64,000 bases of DNA from Squalus acanthias (taxonomy: Eukaryota): the NCBI GenBank assembly GCA_030390025.1, contig CM059443.1, positions 67,208,001 through 67,272,000 of the forward strand. The letters are read 5' to 3'. Position 1 is the stretch's first letter; each line of letters starts with the position of its first letter. Positions 25,801-40,800 of this stretch are shown here, piece by piece. The position numbers were made by a program, and so were the translations under genes. The notes under the pieces are model-generated. The model saw only the letters and a list, made by a program, of their open reading frames with translations, ran no database searches and was not told the DNA's origin.

Positions 25801-28800
25801 GTACGGTGGGATTTTAAAGGCTGAGTGCTCCTTGTTTTAAGTAGGGGGTCCGTACCAGGTGTGAGAGGCAGCATTTCCGTCCCTGTCCTGTCAGGTTTTG
25901 GTGGGGTGAGGTAGGAAAGAGTAGAGAGCAGCTGGGAACCTGCAGGTCCTCCCCAGACTAACGGGGCAGCAATGGTTAATCGCCAGAGTGGTGAGTGCTC
26001 TCCTCTGTGTTGGGGGCTGGCACAGATCCTTCAATGTCCCGAGGTTGCTGGATCTGGCGGCTGTGGGGCCGGGGTGTAGAGCTCCGGAGTCCCTGTGTAA
26101 TTTTACAGGAGAGGGAGTCTGATCTTTTTTGTACTTGCCTACTCAGCACGATGAGGTGAAATTGCCTTGCTTCGCCTTCACTCTGCTGGCTCTGTGGGTG
26201 GGGATTTAGTTCAGACACTGGAGCTGCTAGCTGGACCATCACCACAAGACCATTAGACGACTGCACATGCTGGTGGTTGCCCATCTCACAGACTAAACTG
26301 GATGAATTCTAGACTACTGGTAGAGCTGACACATCGCAAAAAACGGCCTCAAATAGAAGTGCTTTAGCAAAATAAGCACAATAGTCGAGTGACTCTTCAG
26401 CTCACTCCGGGAGGCTGGTATGGGGTGCACAGCTTTTGCTTTGCTGCAACCATCAAGCTTTTTAATGAGATTATGCCGCAGCAGATGGCGGCGTCTCGGT
26501 TGGTAGACACGGAACCATCGTGGCTCCATCTGCCTCAGTGGCGCCCATTCAATCAGGATCCCCTACTTTCATACCATAGTGAAAGATGTTCATGGTCTGA
26601 ATTTTTCCACGGAATTTCAATGACAGTGGATCATGAAGTGTAACTGGATTTTGTCATGTAAATAGTGGAAAAAAAATTCATTCATTGTGGTAGAATCACT
26701 AATGGTTCAGTTCTACCACCACCAGTATATGTGTTAAATTCAGATTTGTTAGATGGAGTGGCACTCCTGTTCTTCCTAGGTTGCTGTATTTCGTTGTGGG
26801 TTGGCTGAGCTGATCAGGTGCCTCTGGCTGCTCACCTGCAGCTCCGTTAGTTCCATTCGAGAAGCAACCTGCAGTGCAGTGATGAGCTCGCTTTTGTGTT
26901 TATGCAAACATACAGGGGCCGGAAAAGACCATCAGTGTTCATCCATATCCGTTGGTGCAAACTTGGAGCGCCACCTTCCCTGGGGAGATCATTTTATTAA
27001 ATTTATGTTTCTATACATTAATGTTAACTCCTGGGAGAAGGAAGCAAAGCAAAGGAAGGAAACGCCTATTTCAGGAAAAGTTGCAAGAGACTATTCTGTT
27101 ACTAGATTAACTTAACTAACAACCTCCAATCTGCTAATGTCATTAGGAACAGAAGTCTCAGACACGACAGACTTACCAACCCCACTTTATCTCTCCTACC
27201 CTTCAGTAGCCCTGTCTGCCAAACATGTATCCACCACTCTCTTGAAATCTGTGTGTAGCTATAACGGGAGCTTTGAGTTGTTCTCCTGGGGCAATGATTT
27301 GAATGGACAAATGTTGTATGGGTTGTGAATCGGGCACACTGATCTCCGCCCAAATGCCTGATGTACGCTCCCACCATGCAAACCCCTGCTTCAAAAGCAC
27401 TAAATCATGAATTTCCCCATAGTTTATAACTTCAGTTTATCTGAAAGAAAATGGGATCAGTTGCGTTTGGAGTTAGAATTAGTATGTTGGTGGTGGGAAT
27501 TAACCGATTTCAAAAATGTAAATCATTATGTACATTTTTGAAGAGGAATAATTTGGAGTGAACTTAACTAAATGCTTGCCCATAATTTAACAAAATTAAA
27601 CTTGTGAATAATTTGACTAGCACAATTTTTCTGCAGCCCCTCCGTTGTTTCAGTGCCACCGTCTTCGAGATTCTCTTCACTTTCCAAGCCATTGCCCATT
27701 CCAATGTCACAGCCTCCCAGGCTTGTTCTCCCCTTCCTCCTCTCATTAAAGATTGCAAAAAGATGCATTGCCCATAATGATGAATGTGGCCGTGGAGAAT
27801 CCCAGCATACATGAGATGTGAGTGACTAGAAATTTGTCTGGGGTGTGTGCTGCTAAAAAGCAAATTTAAGAAGAGGCAGGATATTACTTTATTAAACTAG
27901 TCAATCTCCTGTGGAGTTGCGCTCGGGGAGTCAAGATCAATGTAGTCTTCATGTGAAGTCGGGTTAGAAGACGGGATAATGAGGACCGGGCAAGTGGATG
28001 TAATTTAGTCGCTATTTTACCAAGTCATATATTTTGTGCTTATTTTTACATATTCCCATGATAAATTCCTGCGTGGGAACTGTTGATGTAAAGTTGTCAC
28101 GATGTAATTACACTCACTTGCCAGTGGTGGGGCTGTGGTGCCTCAGCCAAGGAGTGTGTGTAATTACAGTGTGACAGGTTTACATACGCTTTCCATTATA
28201 AATGTGGACACAGGAATTTATAATGGAAAAAGTTGACAGTTAAGTGCTTGCAAATGGAAGATTTTCCATATATATGCTTCTTTCCATTAAGGCACCTGTT
28301 TGAAAACTGTTGCCAAATGAAGCAGATAAAAACTGAACACAAAACTCTTTTGATTCGTTTAAGTAATGGCACGCATTGCTTCTTGCAGATACTTCGACGG
28401 GAACCTGGAGAAACTTTTTGCAGAGTGTCATGTAGTAAACCCTTATAAAAAATCTCGAACACGTCAGATGAACACACGATCATCCTCACAGGACATGGTT
28501 TGTGCGATCTGCTACCTGAATTATCCTAACTCGGTGAGTCCGTCAGACTGAAGAGCGCAAGGTGCAACTTTCTGAAATAACCTGAGTTCAGCCCGCTGTA
28601 TACTGTGTCTTATAAGTAATAAGATTTTTCAACTGTGCACTGGGCTTAATGAAATCTCTCTGTTAGTACAGCAATAATTGTTCAAGTTACTGAGACTGGA
28701 TCACTGGAACAGCTTAACACAGTGTATAAAACCCTGGCAAAAATTCTCAAGCAATGAGCAAGCTCAACAGATCAGTGAGTCACCTCTAAAATTACATCTT

Positions 28801-31800
28801 GCTCCTTGCTGGTCAATGCTACTGTGACCTTGCCCATTTAGTGGAACCCAAGGATGTGTAGCTCCGATTGCTGCTCACTGTAGGACAAAGGACAAGCGAG
28901 TCTACTGGTCCCCATTGTGTAGGATACTTTAAGGCCTAATATCAGACCATCGCTATATAAGCTGTAGATATATTTTTGCTGTGCTTGGAGACAACATACA
29001 ACTTTTCAACAACAAAAAAATTCCAATTTCTGCAGCTTTCAAACTTATTGAGCCCTGTTTCTGGTACAGGCGCTGTGTAAAGAACTGGGAAGGAGTTCTT
29101 TCATAATGACAATTTCTAAAGACATTGCCCCAGATTCTGTTTAATAACAAGGTTTTGTCCTGATGAAGCGCCCCGGTGGAGCATGCCACTCATTGAAATT
29201 GCTCAGTGGATCAAAATTCTTTAATTTGCTGCGCTTGGAGAGATCACATGCTCTTTTTAGAGGTGGTGTATTAACGGTACTGGTCAGTAATCCCAACAAG
29301 ACAGAACTGTGCCAAGTGATCAATTTAATATCAAAATATGAATTATTGAAAGGAATATTCCAATAGCACAGAACTGACCCTGTGCAAAGTAGATTGAGGG
29401 AGCCCCAGTTTTGTTGCCATTACAGTCTGTTCACAAGCTAGAGACCGACGATGGATTCTGGTACTTGTCCAAGCCAACAACATTGTGAAAGATCTTGGAC
29501 TGCACCAATGCAGTTTCTATTTGGCAAGCACCAGCAAGTGAAATATTTTGAGTCCCAGTGTCCCACTGCACTTATTACCTGAGCCATTCCACGAGAATGA
29601 TACTGGCTGTCCTGGTGAGCACAATAATCGAACAGAATTACACACAAACTGTTTGGTCACCAGGAACTACTTTTTGAACAAGCGGGGGTTGTGTGCCTGT
29701 GAGGTTTGGCTAAGGTGTTACTGCTAAGCCATGTGGCTCCATCTTACCAATTACTAGATCCAAATGTGTTGGAAGTGCGTGCGTGTCTGAGAGTCCGTCT
29801 CTTACCACATTTTAACCATCAGATAGACTCTGTTCATCAAGCACTGGTTTCATTTTGAAAATGGGGCCATGTTTGTGCTTTAGTGGGTTTTAGTTTCACC
29901 TCAGCAGCTTCAAGACTTGTGGTGGGAATTTTTTTCTGGTCACTTCCCATAATTTTCTTGGTTCCTTGTTGATGGTTACAGTATCCAATAACACTCCACA
30001 CAGACACTAATCTGGTGCTCAAATCAAAAAACCTGATCTGGTCACACTCCCTGTTACTATTATGAGTGAACTTGAGGCTGTGGCTATATATGGCTTGTAA
30101 GCAGTCATGTAATTGTGATCTCAAAGTAACCAGCACTGAAGTCTTTTAAACTACCTCTCAGTAGACACTAGGTTTAAAATGTTAGAATTTTGTGTGCAAT
30201 GCTAAATTTACACAATGACCGAAATGCCCAAACAAAACTGGTTCAAGATGTGTAATTAAAATGGGCGTTTGAGCACAGAAAATGTGATGCAAAAATAGAA
30301 CATTTTATAAATGGCACCCTTGTTTAGTTATATCTTGCCCCTCTGAAATTCAGATTGCCATTCTGCATTTCCACAATTTTCTCAGTCTATACCTGGAGGC
30401 GAGGTGGATTCTCGAGCATTGATTGTAGTTCTACTTTTGCAGCACATTGTGCATGTCCATTTTTAACTTTTTTTCATTCTGGGAATATGGGTGGCATCTT
30501 TGGCAAGGCTGGCATTTATTGCCCATCCCTAATTGCCCTTGAGAAGGTGGTGGTGGTGGTGGTGGGCCCTCTTCTTGAACCGCTGCAGTCTGTGTGCTCC
30601 TACGGTGCTGTTAGGTCGGGAGTTCCAGGAGTTTGACTCAGCTTTCATCTGACTGTCACTAATTCAGCATTTCTCGCTCGCTTCCTGCTGGGATTCAGAA
30701 TTGTGTGTTGGTGGTATACTGTGAGGTGTTAGGCCAGTGGTGACTGCAGTAACACTTCACACCTCATCCTAAACTAAGATAGTTGTAACGAGGGATAAGT
30801 TCTGTGTACTGTTACTGTAGAGGTGTGAAATAATCAGCATTTCAGGAACATAATGTTAAAGAATCTAGAATAAATTAATTTATAGTCAGAAGTCGCTTAT
30901 CCAAAGTTAACTGACCTGGCTGGACTGCTGAGCATGGCCTGTATGAATAATTCATTTGTTGTATTGTCTATCAGTTTCCACACTGAACTGGTATCAGTTA
31001 ACACAGTGCAGCACTGGAGTTAACATTGGATCAGTTATCTGAATGATTCACTTATCCAAATAGGTGTATCTTCTGAATGTATTTGGTTAAATGGTATCTG
31101 ATTACACTTCCTAAAACTTACCATTCTGAAGTTGTGATCTGGCTACAAGTCTAGTCCAGCCATCTCCGTGTTGAGATTCAGTCTTCCCATCCCCTGGTGC
31201 CCTGCACAGTGGGCCTCGGCCCTTCCCCTGGTGTCCAGCACCGTGGGGCCTCGGCCCTTCCCCTGGTGTCCAGCACCGTGGGGCCTCGGCCCTTCCCCTG
31301 GTGTCCAGCACCGTGGGGCCTCGGCCCTTCCCCTGGTGTCCAGCACCGTGGGGCCTCGGCCCTTCCCCTGGTGTCCAGCACCGTGGGGCCTCGGCCCTTC
31401 CCCTGGTGTCCAGCACCGTGGGGCCGCGGCCCTTCCCCTGGTGTCCAGCACCGTGGGGCCGCGGCCCTTCCCCTGGTGTCCAGCACCGTGGGGCCTCGGC
31501 CCTTCCCCTGGTGTCCAGCACCGTGGGGCCTCGGCCCTTCCCTGCGGTTTGTTAATAAAACAAATTAACAGGTAACCTAAGCTCTGAGAAAAACAAAGCC
31601 TAGTCGATGACCCTGGTCTGTAGTGCTGGTAAAAACCACCCTAGAAAATTGCTGATTTGCAGCACAGCAACAGTTGCTGTGAAAACGCAACACACTAAAT
31701 TTGTGTAGTGAGATCTCTAACACATTCGCGTATAATTTATGAGGATGAATTTTAAAAACGTGCTACCTTTGAATTAGCTAGTGTAGGTGATCCGGTATGT

Positions 31801-34800
31801 CCAAAGCATGGTCCCTGCACTAGTAGTTCCTTTTTTGTTTGAAGTATTTTTTCAGACCTTCTCTCACCTCCATACCCCCGGCCAGTTTTCTCTCCTCCAT
31901 TGCTGAAGGTCTGGCTCTTGCTGGGGTAGGTCTGATGGGCACAAGCCACCCTCCCTGCCTTTCCCAAGTGATTATGCTTTATTTTTGAGCTTGGGTGTTT
32001 ATCATTGGGCAGGCCCTTGCACTATGGAGGGCATCCTTATAGTTCCTTTTCTAAAAAATAAATGTATGAGTGTACAATGAAGGTAGATTTCCAACAACAC
32101 GGGTTAGATACTTCTATATTAGATTGGGTATAATGTGTGTACAACTTGTGTAGAGTTTTATACATTTATAAACATTTTAGTCTTAATCACTTGCTTTTAT
32201 AATTGTATAATATGTACAAATTGAGAATAGTGGTCTTGTAGCATAAAGCAATGACAAGGTGGAAACCAGTCTCGTATTCTCTTATTAGAAAGAAGAAAGT
32301 GGGGGGTCTGGAAGCGCCACTAGGATCACTAACTCAGTATCAGATGGCCAGGTAGGGTGGAGATTATAAAGTTCTGTATAGTGAATGGGGTGGCACCTTG
32401 TATTGAAAATACTGCATTTTGCGATAACTATCGATATTGTGGCTAATGCTGATGGGAATTAATTCTGGCTCCTGGGGTTTCCTGCTGGCGATCTGAATTC
32501 CAAATGTCGCCTTCCCCAATTGCCTGTGTACTGCACTGTGTGTGTATCAACTGATCACTTCATTGAATCAGCGTTAGAATATCGATATGTCATTCTAAAT
32601 GGATCAGTAATTGGTGAAGTTTCCATAAATGTGCCACCCCTAGTATAGTGTAGTAGTTGGTTTGAGTTTGGTGTGTAGTCTATCAAAAACCCACCCATCC
32701 ACTCACTGAATCCCCCTCAAACACACAAACTGGGCATTCAGCTGAACAAATGGGGCATAGCAAATGCAGCATAATTCCCCCCTGAGCTGGAAAAGTAGGG
32801 GCAAGAGTGAGGTTGGAATCTGTGCCTTCTCTCGCATTGCTCCTCCACATTCAGCTTTAACACAATTGCTGGCTGTGGGATGGAATGAACTGTTCCTATT
32901 CCTGAGAGGAGGCTTTGAGTTGCTGTGAGGCAGTGCATCGACTGGTTCAGGCAAAGCCTGATTAAACTTGAACCTGTAGCTATTGCTGTGAGCTGGCCAT
33001 CTTAACAGTGTTATGGGGTGTGATTTGCATAAAGCTTTTCAGTTTTAAAAACTAAACTGTTTGTCCCAGTGAACCAATTAGAAACCTGAAGTTGGCCGTA
33101 AATAATGCCCATGTGATCGACTACAACATGCCTAAACTCTTACAGCTTCAGCTTGTATTCCATGGTGAAGGTTCTGGTTACAAGAAGGTCCAGTAAGTGC
33201 TGTTTGAATACAGGGAAACAATTCAATTTAAATATTTTATTTTCTTGCACTATCTAAGCCAGTTTCAGGCTTAGTTCGGTACATTCAGGTTATTCCATTC
33301 AGATTGGTCGTCTCTACAATGATATGTTTGCAGTACCTTTGCTTCACCCGGTCAGTATCTGAGCCAACATTAATCCCTCAACCACAAACAGTAACTGGTC
33401 ATTTATGGGACCTTGCTGTGTGCAAATGGGCTGCTGTGTTTGTTTACATAACAGTGACTACATTTCAAAAGTACTTCATTCCAGTCAAGCACGTTGAAAT
33501 GTCCTGAAGGCATAAAGAGCACGATATAAATCTCAGTTTTTATGTGTAAGGAAAATATTAAAACAGGTGACCCTTTATTTTCAGTCATGACTTGTTATCG
33601 TACGCATACCATTGCTGTGAAACTCTGAAGGATTGGCACCACCTGCCCCTTTAAGATACTTTTGGTAACTTTCTCATTTCCATGTCATATCAGAGCACAG
33701 CCACCCTCTAACATGGCTGTCTTCAGTTCTTGTGACCAAAGGGGGCCAACAGTACAAGATTGAAGATTGAGAGCCATTTCTCCAACTGAACTGGCTCTCG
33801 TGGCTAATCTATATAGGAGTCAAACTGCTAGTTACCTTCTAGTTACACAAACGACTATAACAAAATTGTAGAAACAAACAGTGGCAAAAGCCAGAAGTAC
33901 GGTAACTCCCAGGTGTCTCGTCGGTCAGATGCACAGTAGGAGAGGGTAAGAAATAGGGTATGTGGAAGACTGATCCAAAACTGATCACTACACCTAAAAG
34001 ATGAACAATTGACCTTTCTTCTTCTGCTGTACTCCATGTACTATATACTACAGAATATAGCTCTCCCAAAGTTAGTGCTCATCAGGAGGATGGAGGACCT
34101 TTCGACTTGGGTCCGGGCCAGAGGTAAGCAGCAGTTAATTGAACTGTATATTGGTTTTTAACAGCAACGTTTAGACAATGTTTGGAATTACTATACAGAC
34201 ATGTGCCTTTACCAGACCAGGTAGCAACTAGTGGAATGGCTTTTGACCATATCTTGGCAAGGGAGGGGGAAAGTGCTGCTCTTGCTGAAAGGTTGCAGTA
34301 CACGTTGGGTTGGCTGCAGGATAGCGATACTTTGAGGGGCCCTGAAAGCTTCTTTGTCCACAGCTGAGAAGCTCCTGACATCCACATCGTGTTCAGACTA
34401 GTGCAATGTGGTACAAGGATATTACTGTCAGCTGAGCCAAATTAAACTGGGTAGAAAAGTTGACTAATACGTAGTCTGATTGTTACCAGTTGCAAGGTTT
34501 ATTGGTGCTATTGTGCAGGTATCCGTTCAGCTGCCTCTGCCACGTCCCTTCCTTCCCCTAGCCCACCGGGCCAAACTTCCTCTGAGGTTCCCCCCCTGCC
34601 CTGAACTCACATCTTTCTCCAGTTTCTCTCTGATCTCTCCGCGCTGATCTTGTCCATGAGACCCACCTCCTGCTCCCTCGACCCTATTCCCACCAAACTG
34701 CTGACCACCCAACTTCCTTTTCTGGCTCCCATGTTAGCTGACATTGTTAACGGTTCTCTCTCCTCAGGCACTGTCCCCCTCTCCCTCAAATCTGCCGTCA

Positions 34801-37800
34801 TCACCCCTCTCCTCAAAAAACCAACCCTTGACCCCTCCGTCCTTGCAAACTACCGCCTCATCTCCAATCTCCCTTTCCTCTCAAGTCCTTGAACGCGTTG
34901 TCGCCTCCCAAATCCGTGCCCATCTTTCCCGCAATTCCATGTTTGAATCCCTCCAATCAGGTTTCCGCCCTTGCCGAAACGGCTCTCATCAAAGTCACAA
35001 AAGACATCCTTTGTGACTGTGACAAAGTTAAACTATCCCTCCTCGTTGTTCTTGACTTGTCTGCAGCCTTTGACACGGTTGACCACTCCATCCTTTTCCA
35101 ACGTCGTCCAGCTGGGTGGGACTGCACTCGCCTGGTTCCATTCTTATCTATCTAATCGTAGCCAGAGAATCACCTGCAACGGCTTCTCTTCCTGCTCCTG
35201 CATCGTTACCTCTGGTGTCCCCCAAGGATCTATCCTTGGCCCCCTCCTATTTCTCATCTACATGTTGCCCCTTGGCGATATCATCCAAAAACACAGCGTC
35301 AGTTTCCACATGTACGCTGACGACACCCAGCTCTACCTCACCACCTCTTCTCTCAATTGTCAGACTGCTTGTCCGACATACAGTTCTGGATGAGCAGAAA
35401 TTTTCTCCATTAAATATTGGGAAGACCGAAGCCATTGTTTTCGGTCCCCGCCACAAACTCCGTTCCCTAGCCACTGACTCCATCCCTCTCCCTAACATCT
35501 GTCTGGGGCTGAATCACACTGTTCGCAACCTTGGTGTCATATTTGACCCTGAAATGAACTTCCGACCACATATACACAGCATAACAAAGACCGCCTATTT
35601 CCACCTCCGTAACATCGTCCGTCTCCACCCTTGCCTCAGCTCATCCGCTGCTGAAACCCGCATCCATGCCTTTGTTACCTCTAGACTTGACTATTCCAAC
35701 GCACTCCTGGCTGGCCTCCCACATTCTACCCTACGTAAACTTGAGGTCATCCAAAACTCAGCTGCCCGTGTCCTAACTCGCACCAAGTCCCGTTCGCCCA
35801 TCACCCCATGTGCTCGCTGACCTACATTGGCTCCCGGTTAAGCAACACCTCGATTTCAAAATTCTCATCCTTGTTTTCAAATCCTTCCATGGCCTCGCCC
35901 CTCCCTATCTCTGTAATCTCCTCCAGCCCTACAGCCCCCGAGATATCATCGCTCCTCTAATTCTGGCCGTGCCTTCTGCTGCCTAGGCCCTAAACTCTGG
36001 AATTCCCTGCCTAAACCCCTCTGCCTCGCTACCTTTCCACCTTTAAGACGCTCCTTAAAACCTACCTCTTTGACCAAGCTTTTGGTCACCTGCCCTAATT
36101 TATCCTTATGTGGATCGGTGTGAAATGTTTTGTCTTATAATGCTCTTGTGAAGCACTTTGGGACGTTTCACTGCGTTAAAGGCGCTATATAACTACAAGT
36201 TGTTGTTGTATCTCTGTTAAACTGAGGGTGCTACACCTTTGTTACAGACAGATAATGTGCCAGATATATTCTAAACCTATCAAACAAGGTAATAGAGAAA
36301 AACAAGGTGTTATTAAAGGTACAATTGGATACCATGATGTCCCAGAGGAGTAAGGAATGATGGCCTAAGCAGGATTTATTTTTCATGACTTTCCTTATGT
36401 TGTTGTAAATCTGTAACTGAGGACCACAGTTGCTCTGTCATAAGAAGCCAACATAATGATCTTCGCACAACACCACCTGCTGTACCTGTATCATCAGAGA
36501 CTTGGACCCAGATTGTTCCTAAAGATTTTCTGCAACTTTTCCCCCTTTCCCCAAAAACAAATGACTCAAACGTTCAGCAGCAGTTGAATCTGTTGACATT
36601 TTAAGCATAGCCTCTTTTAGGTGAGATGTACATAATCCATTACCAGCATTCATTAACGCGCAGCACATTACTGCTGTTCAAGCATTCCTCACAGCTGGTT
36701 TCTACAAGGATCATTATTGTCCCTGATGAGGTCTTTGGGAGCATGAAATAGGAAAACCTTCCACCTCCCAGCACCATCATCCATCACTTTGATGAACACA
36801 AAATGGATATTATAAAAGGCAATGCAACTTGCCGAAGTGATGACTTTTAAATGTTAGACAAACAGAGCATAAAAGTTCTTGGTTCAATTAAAGATAACAT
36901 TTCAAGGAACTTTTTAAGAGTGATTGACCTGGAATGCCCATTTGATGTGCGTAAGGCCTATGATGCAATGCTGCTGAAGTGTAATGGAAAAGTGTGTCCC
37001 ATCTGATGCTGATCTACATTGTTGTGGTGCAGTAATTTATGTTGCAACGTTGCCCTGCCTTCCCGCACAAGAAGGAACTTTGTACAAACACTCCTCTGAT
37101 CTAGAGTATAGGTATTTGCTGAGATGCTATTTTGGGTCTTTGGTCTTAATAATTTAATGTAGGAAGTTTTGAAAGAGACCTCCTTCAGGGTTCAGCATGC
37201 AGACATTTATCTCCATGTGCTCCACCAGACTGCAGGATATTGATATTCCTCGAAACACAAGACTTGTGCCTTAAAGAGCGATGTCCATCATACAAGCTGC
37301 ACAGCGTTCTCTTGTGTTCTACTTATTTCGCATTCCACCAAAAATGTAGGACGCCAACAACTAATAACAGACCCGAAGTCTAAAAAAATGCATCAGAACA
37401 ATGAGGTTCACAATGGAAATACAATCCAAGCCATGTTTTCCTATACCCGTCCCATGATGCCTCTGGGATTGGTTGTCTGCAGCCAATATTTCCATTGTTT
37501 CCTGCATTTTGGAGTTATTTCTGCTTCACCAGGGTCTCTACCAAACTCAGAGTAACCAAAGTAGTTGACCTCAGAAATCAATGCACATTTGTCTGATAGA
37601 CTGAGGTTCTGAGCGCATGCCCTTCAATCACTGCCAGTCCATTTTCATAAGCTTTCCCTTGTTGAACCTGTCACAAAGTGAGTGGTTAATCCATTTGCGA
37701 ACATAGGAATGGGAGGAGGCCATTAAGCCCCTCGAGCCTGTTTCGCTATTCAATTAGATCATGGCTGATCTGTACCTCAACTCCATTTCTCTGCCTTTGT

Positions 37801-40800
37801 TTGGGTAAGGGTATCAAGGGATATGGAACAAAAACCTATTGATCTCAGTCTTGAACATCGAAATTGGCCCCCAGCATCCCCAGCCTTTTTGGGGGAGGGG
37901 TGGGGGCGGATGAGTTCCAGATTTCCACTACCCTTTATGTGGAAAAAATTGCTTCCTGATTTCACTCCTGAATGGCCTAGCTCTAATCTTAAGATTATGC
38001 CCCCTTGTTCTAGACTCCCCCACCATAGGAAATAGAGATTCAATAGAGATTCGATAGAGAAACTATCATTTTAAACACCTTAATTAGATTATCCCTCACC
38101 CCTCAGACTTCTAACCTCAAGGAATACAAGCCAACTTTATGCCATCTAACCCTTTATTAGTCTGGTGAATCTGCTCTGTACCCACTCCAGCACCAATATA
38201 TCTTTCCTGAGGTTCGGGCTCAAAATGGAATGCAGTGCTTCAGATGGGGTCTGACCATCACTTCCTCACTTTTGAATTCCAACCCCCTTGAGACGAAGAC
38301 CATTATTGCGTTAGTCCTTTTGTACCTGTGCACTAACTTTTAGTGATTTGTGTATATAGACACCTACAGCACTTTGCTCCTCCCAAGTTTCTAGTCTCTC
38401 ACCATGGAGAAAATATTCCAATTTGACTTCCTTGGATCCAAAGTGGATGACCTCACACTTCCTTCACATTGAACTGCCTCTGCTGTAGCTTTGCCTACTC
38501 ACTTAGTCTACCTGTGTCTCCTTGTAATTTAGATGCTCATCTTACTGTGCAATATTAGCTGATGTAGCGCTGATGAATTATATTTGACCATGGGCCTATT
38601 TAACAGTGCGAGGATGCAACAGTTCTTCTGCCACTGCAGCAATCAAAGCGCCTCAAGTGTACGGAGGCTTGATGCTGGCGAGCATGCTGCACTGCCTGGC
38701 GGCCATGTTTGATGCTGGCGAATATTCCAGTTTCATTGTTTAAAACAACGCCAAAGACGAGGCTGAAGCGTTTGCAACCACCTTCAGCCAGAAGTGCCGA
38801 GTGGATGATCCATATCGGCCTCCTCCTGTGCTCCGCAGAAGTCAGTTTTCACTCAATTCGATTCACTCACTCCGCGTGATATCGAGAAAGGGCTGAGCGC
38901 ACTGGCTACAGCAAAGGTTCTGGGCCCCGACAACATCCTGGCTGTCGTGCTGAAGACTTGCATTCCAGAACTGGCCACGCCTCTAGCCAAGCTGTTCCAG
39001 TACAGCTACAACATTGGCATCTCATGGCACACAGGGTCGACAATATGTAAATGATCTGATCTGGGTGCTACCTGTGACGACTTCAGGGCCATCCTGGTTA
39101 CCAAGTTGAAATGATCTGTGGGCAAATATAGATGTATTGAGAGCCCAAGGGACACGTCTCTATTGTAACAGTTTGTGGGGCAAATGGAGATGCTAAGCCT
39201 ATACCTGCTGGAACACAACAATACATCAGACTCCTGCAGCTTCAACTTGTAGTGCAATGTATGAATTCACATCAAAGTGGACTTGGCAGAGAACTGAACT
39301 ACAATAGACCTGGCTGGCAAGGAGGGCACTGGTTATTTTGGGAAAACATTCCCAAGGAATGGAAGTACCAAGATGCATTCAAAAGGTTGTCTGAATTCTA
39401 GGTGCTTGGATGTTCGACCAGGTTGACATCAGAATTAACAATTCTAAAACTCGTGTGTTCTGAGGCGATGCGTGTTTTCCCAGTCATCGAGCTTTTTATC
39501 GAACCTTTTTCCTGTGCCAACCAAACATAGTGCAAACAGAATTAAAATGTTATCTGCTGTCAGTGACCAACTCCCAGCCTAGGGAGCAGTAATCTACAAG
39601 GACATTGAAACTTTTAAATTCACTGGTGTGGAAATCAGCTTGTTGAAATCCATATAGCTACATCCCCACATCTATGGATCTTTCTTGTCTTTCACATCAT
39701 CTTCTAACAGGAAAATTTCCATAAAAGACTGGCTCCAAATACCTTGTCCACGCTGTCAAAGATGCTACAGCTGTCGCTACATCTCCGCAGTAACAAATCC
39801 CCCATCTCTTGAAGGAGATGCTAAACCGAGGCCCTGTCATGTGCTCCAATGGAAGTAAAGGATCTACTGCATTATTTGAAGAGGAGCAGGGAGTTTTTCC
39901 AGTAGCCTGGCTAATATTCCTCCCTTGATCAACACCACCAAAAACAGTGATCTGGCCATTCATTCATTTGTTGTTTGTGGGCCCTTGCTGCGCCCAAATG
40001 GACTGCCACGTTTGCCTGGATAACAATAGTGACCACTTCAAAAGTAATCCATTGGTTGTACAGTGTTTTGGGAAGTCCCATGTACGTGCTAAGGTGCTAT
40101 ATAAATGCAAGTCCTTTCTATTTTCTTAGTGAGTTGCCTTCACCTGTGTAGGTTTGGGAACAAGTTCTCCTCTTCAAAGCTCAAGTCTCAGTGAGATTCA
40201 AACTTGGTGATTGGTGCAATTTCTCTAAACTACCAAAATTCAGTGTCACTGATGTCTTTGACATGAAAATGGTATTTCTAATTGCAGCCCCTTGAAGTTC
40301 AGAGGATTGTTTCACCAATAATCCTTATACTCAATTCTGCAGAGGCAAAGCAGACGAAAGACTGTTTCCTGAATTGTAGCTGAAGATAATTAAAGAATTT
40401 CATCTAAACCATGAAGCCGTCTGTTCACCCAGCTAAATTTTCGGAATGACTTTGGAAGAACGTTACCACTCGCTAAAATGACGGTAATACTTTTTTAAGG
40501 ATGCATAATGCAACTGAAATGAACAGAAAGAGACATCTGAGTTACTGTTGTGATTATTGTGAACACAAGGCCTGGAGAATTTGTCCTGTGACACTGAAAG
40601 GCAAGCACCAGAGCCTTCCAGCAACCGAATGCACACTAGCAGCTTTCATTCGGCCACTCATAGTTGACTCTGTGTTTGAACTCCTGTATACAAGGGAATA
40701 GAATCCCTGATAATTCCACCTGAATAGCACAGCCAACAAGCTGTTTATAAAGCATTGCTGGTACATTCTCTGCAGTCTATATGGATTAATGCAGAATGCC

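Noticed and set aside
36718-36756. CTGATGA...GAAA hammerhead-like spacing
   Set aside because: There is no convincing stem II and no room for a stem or loop III.
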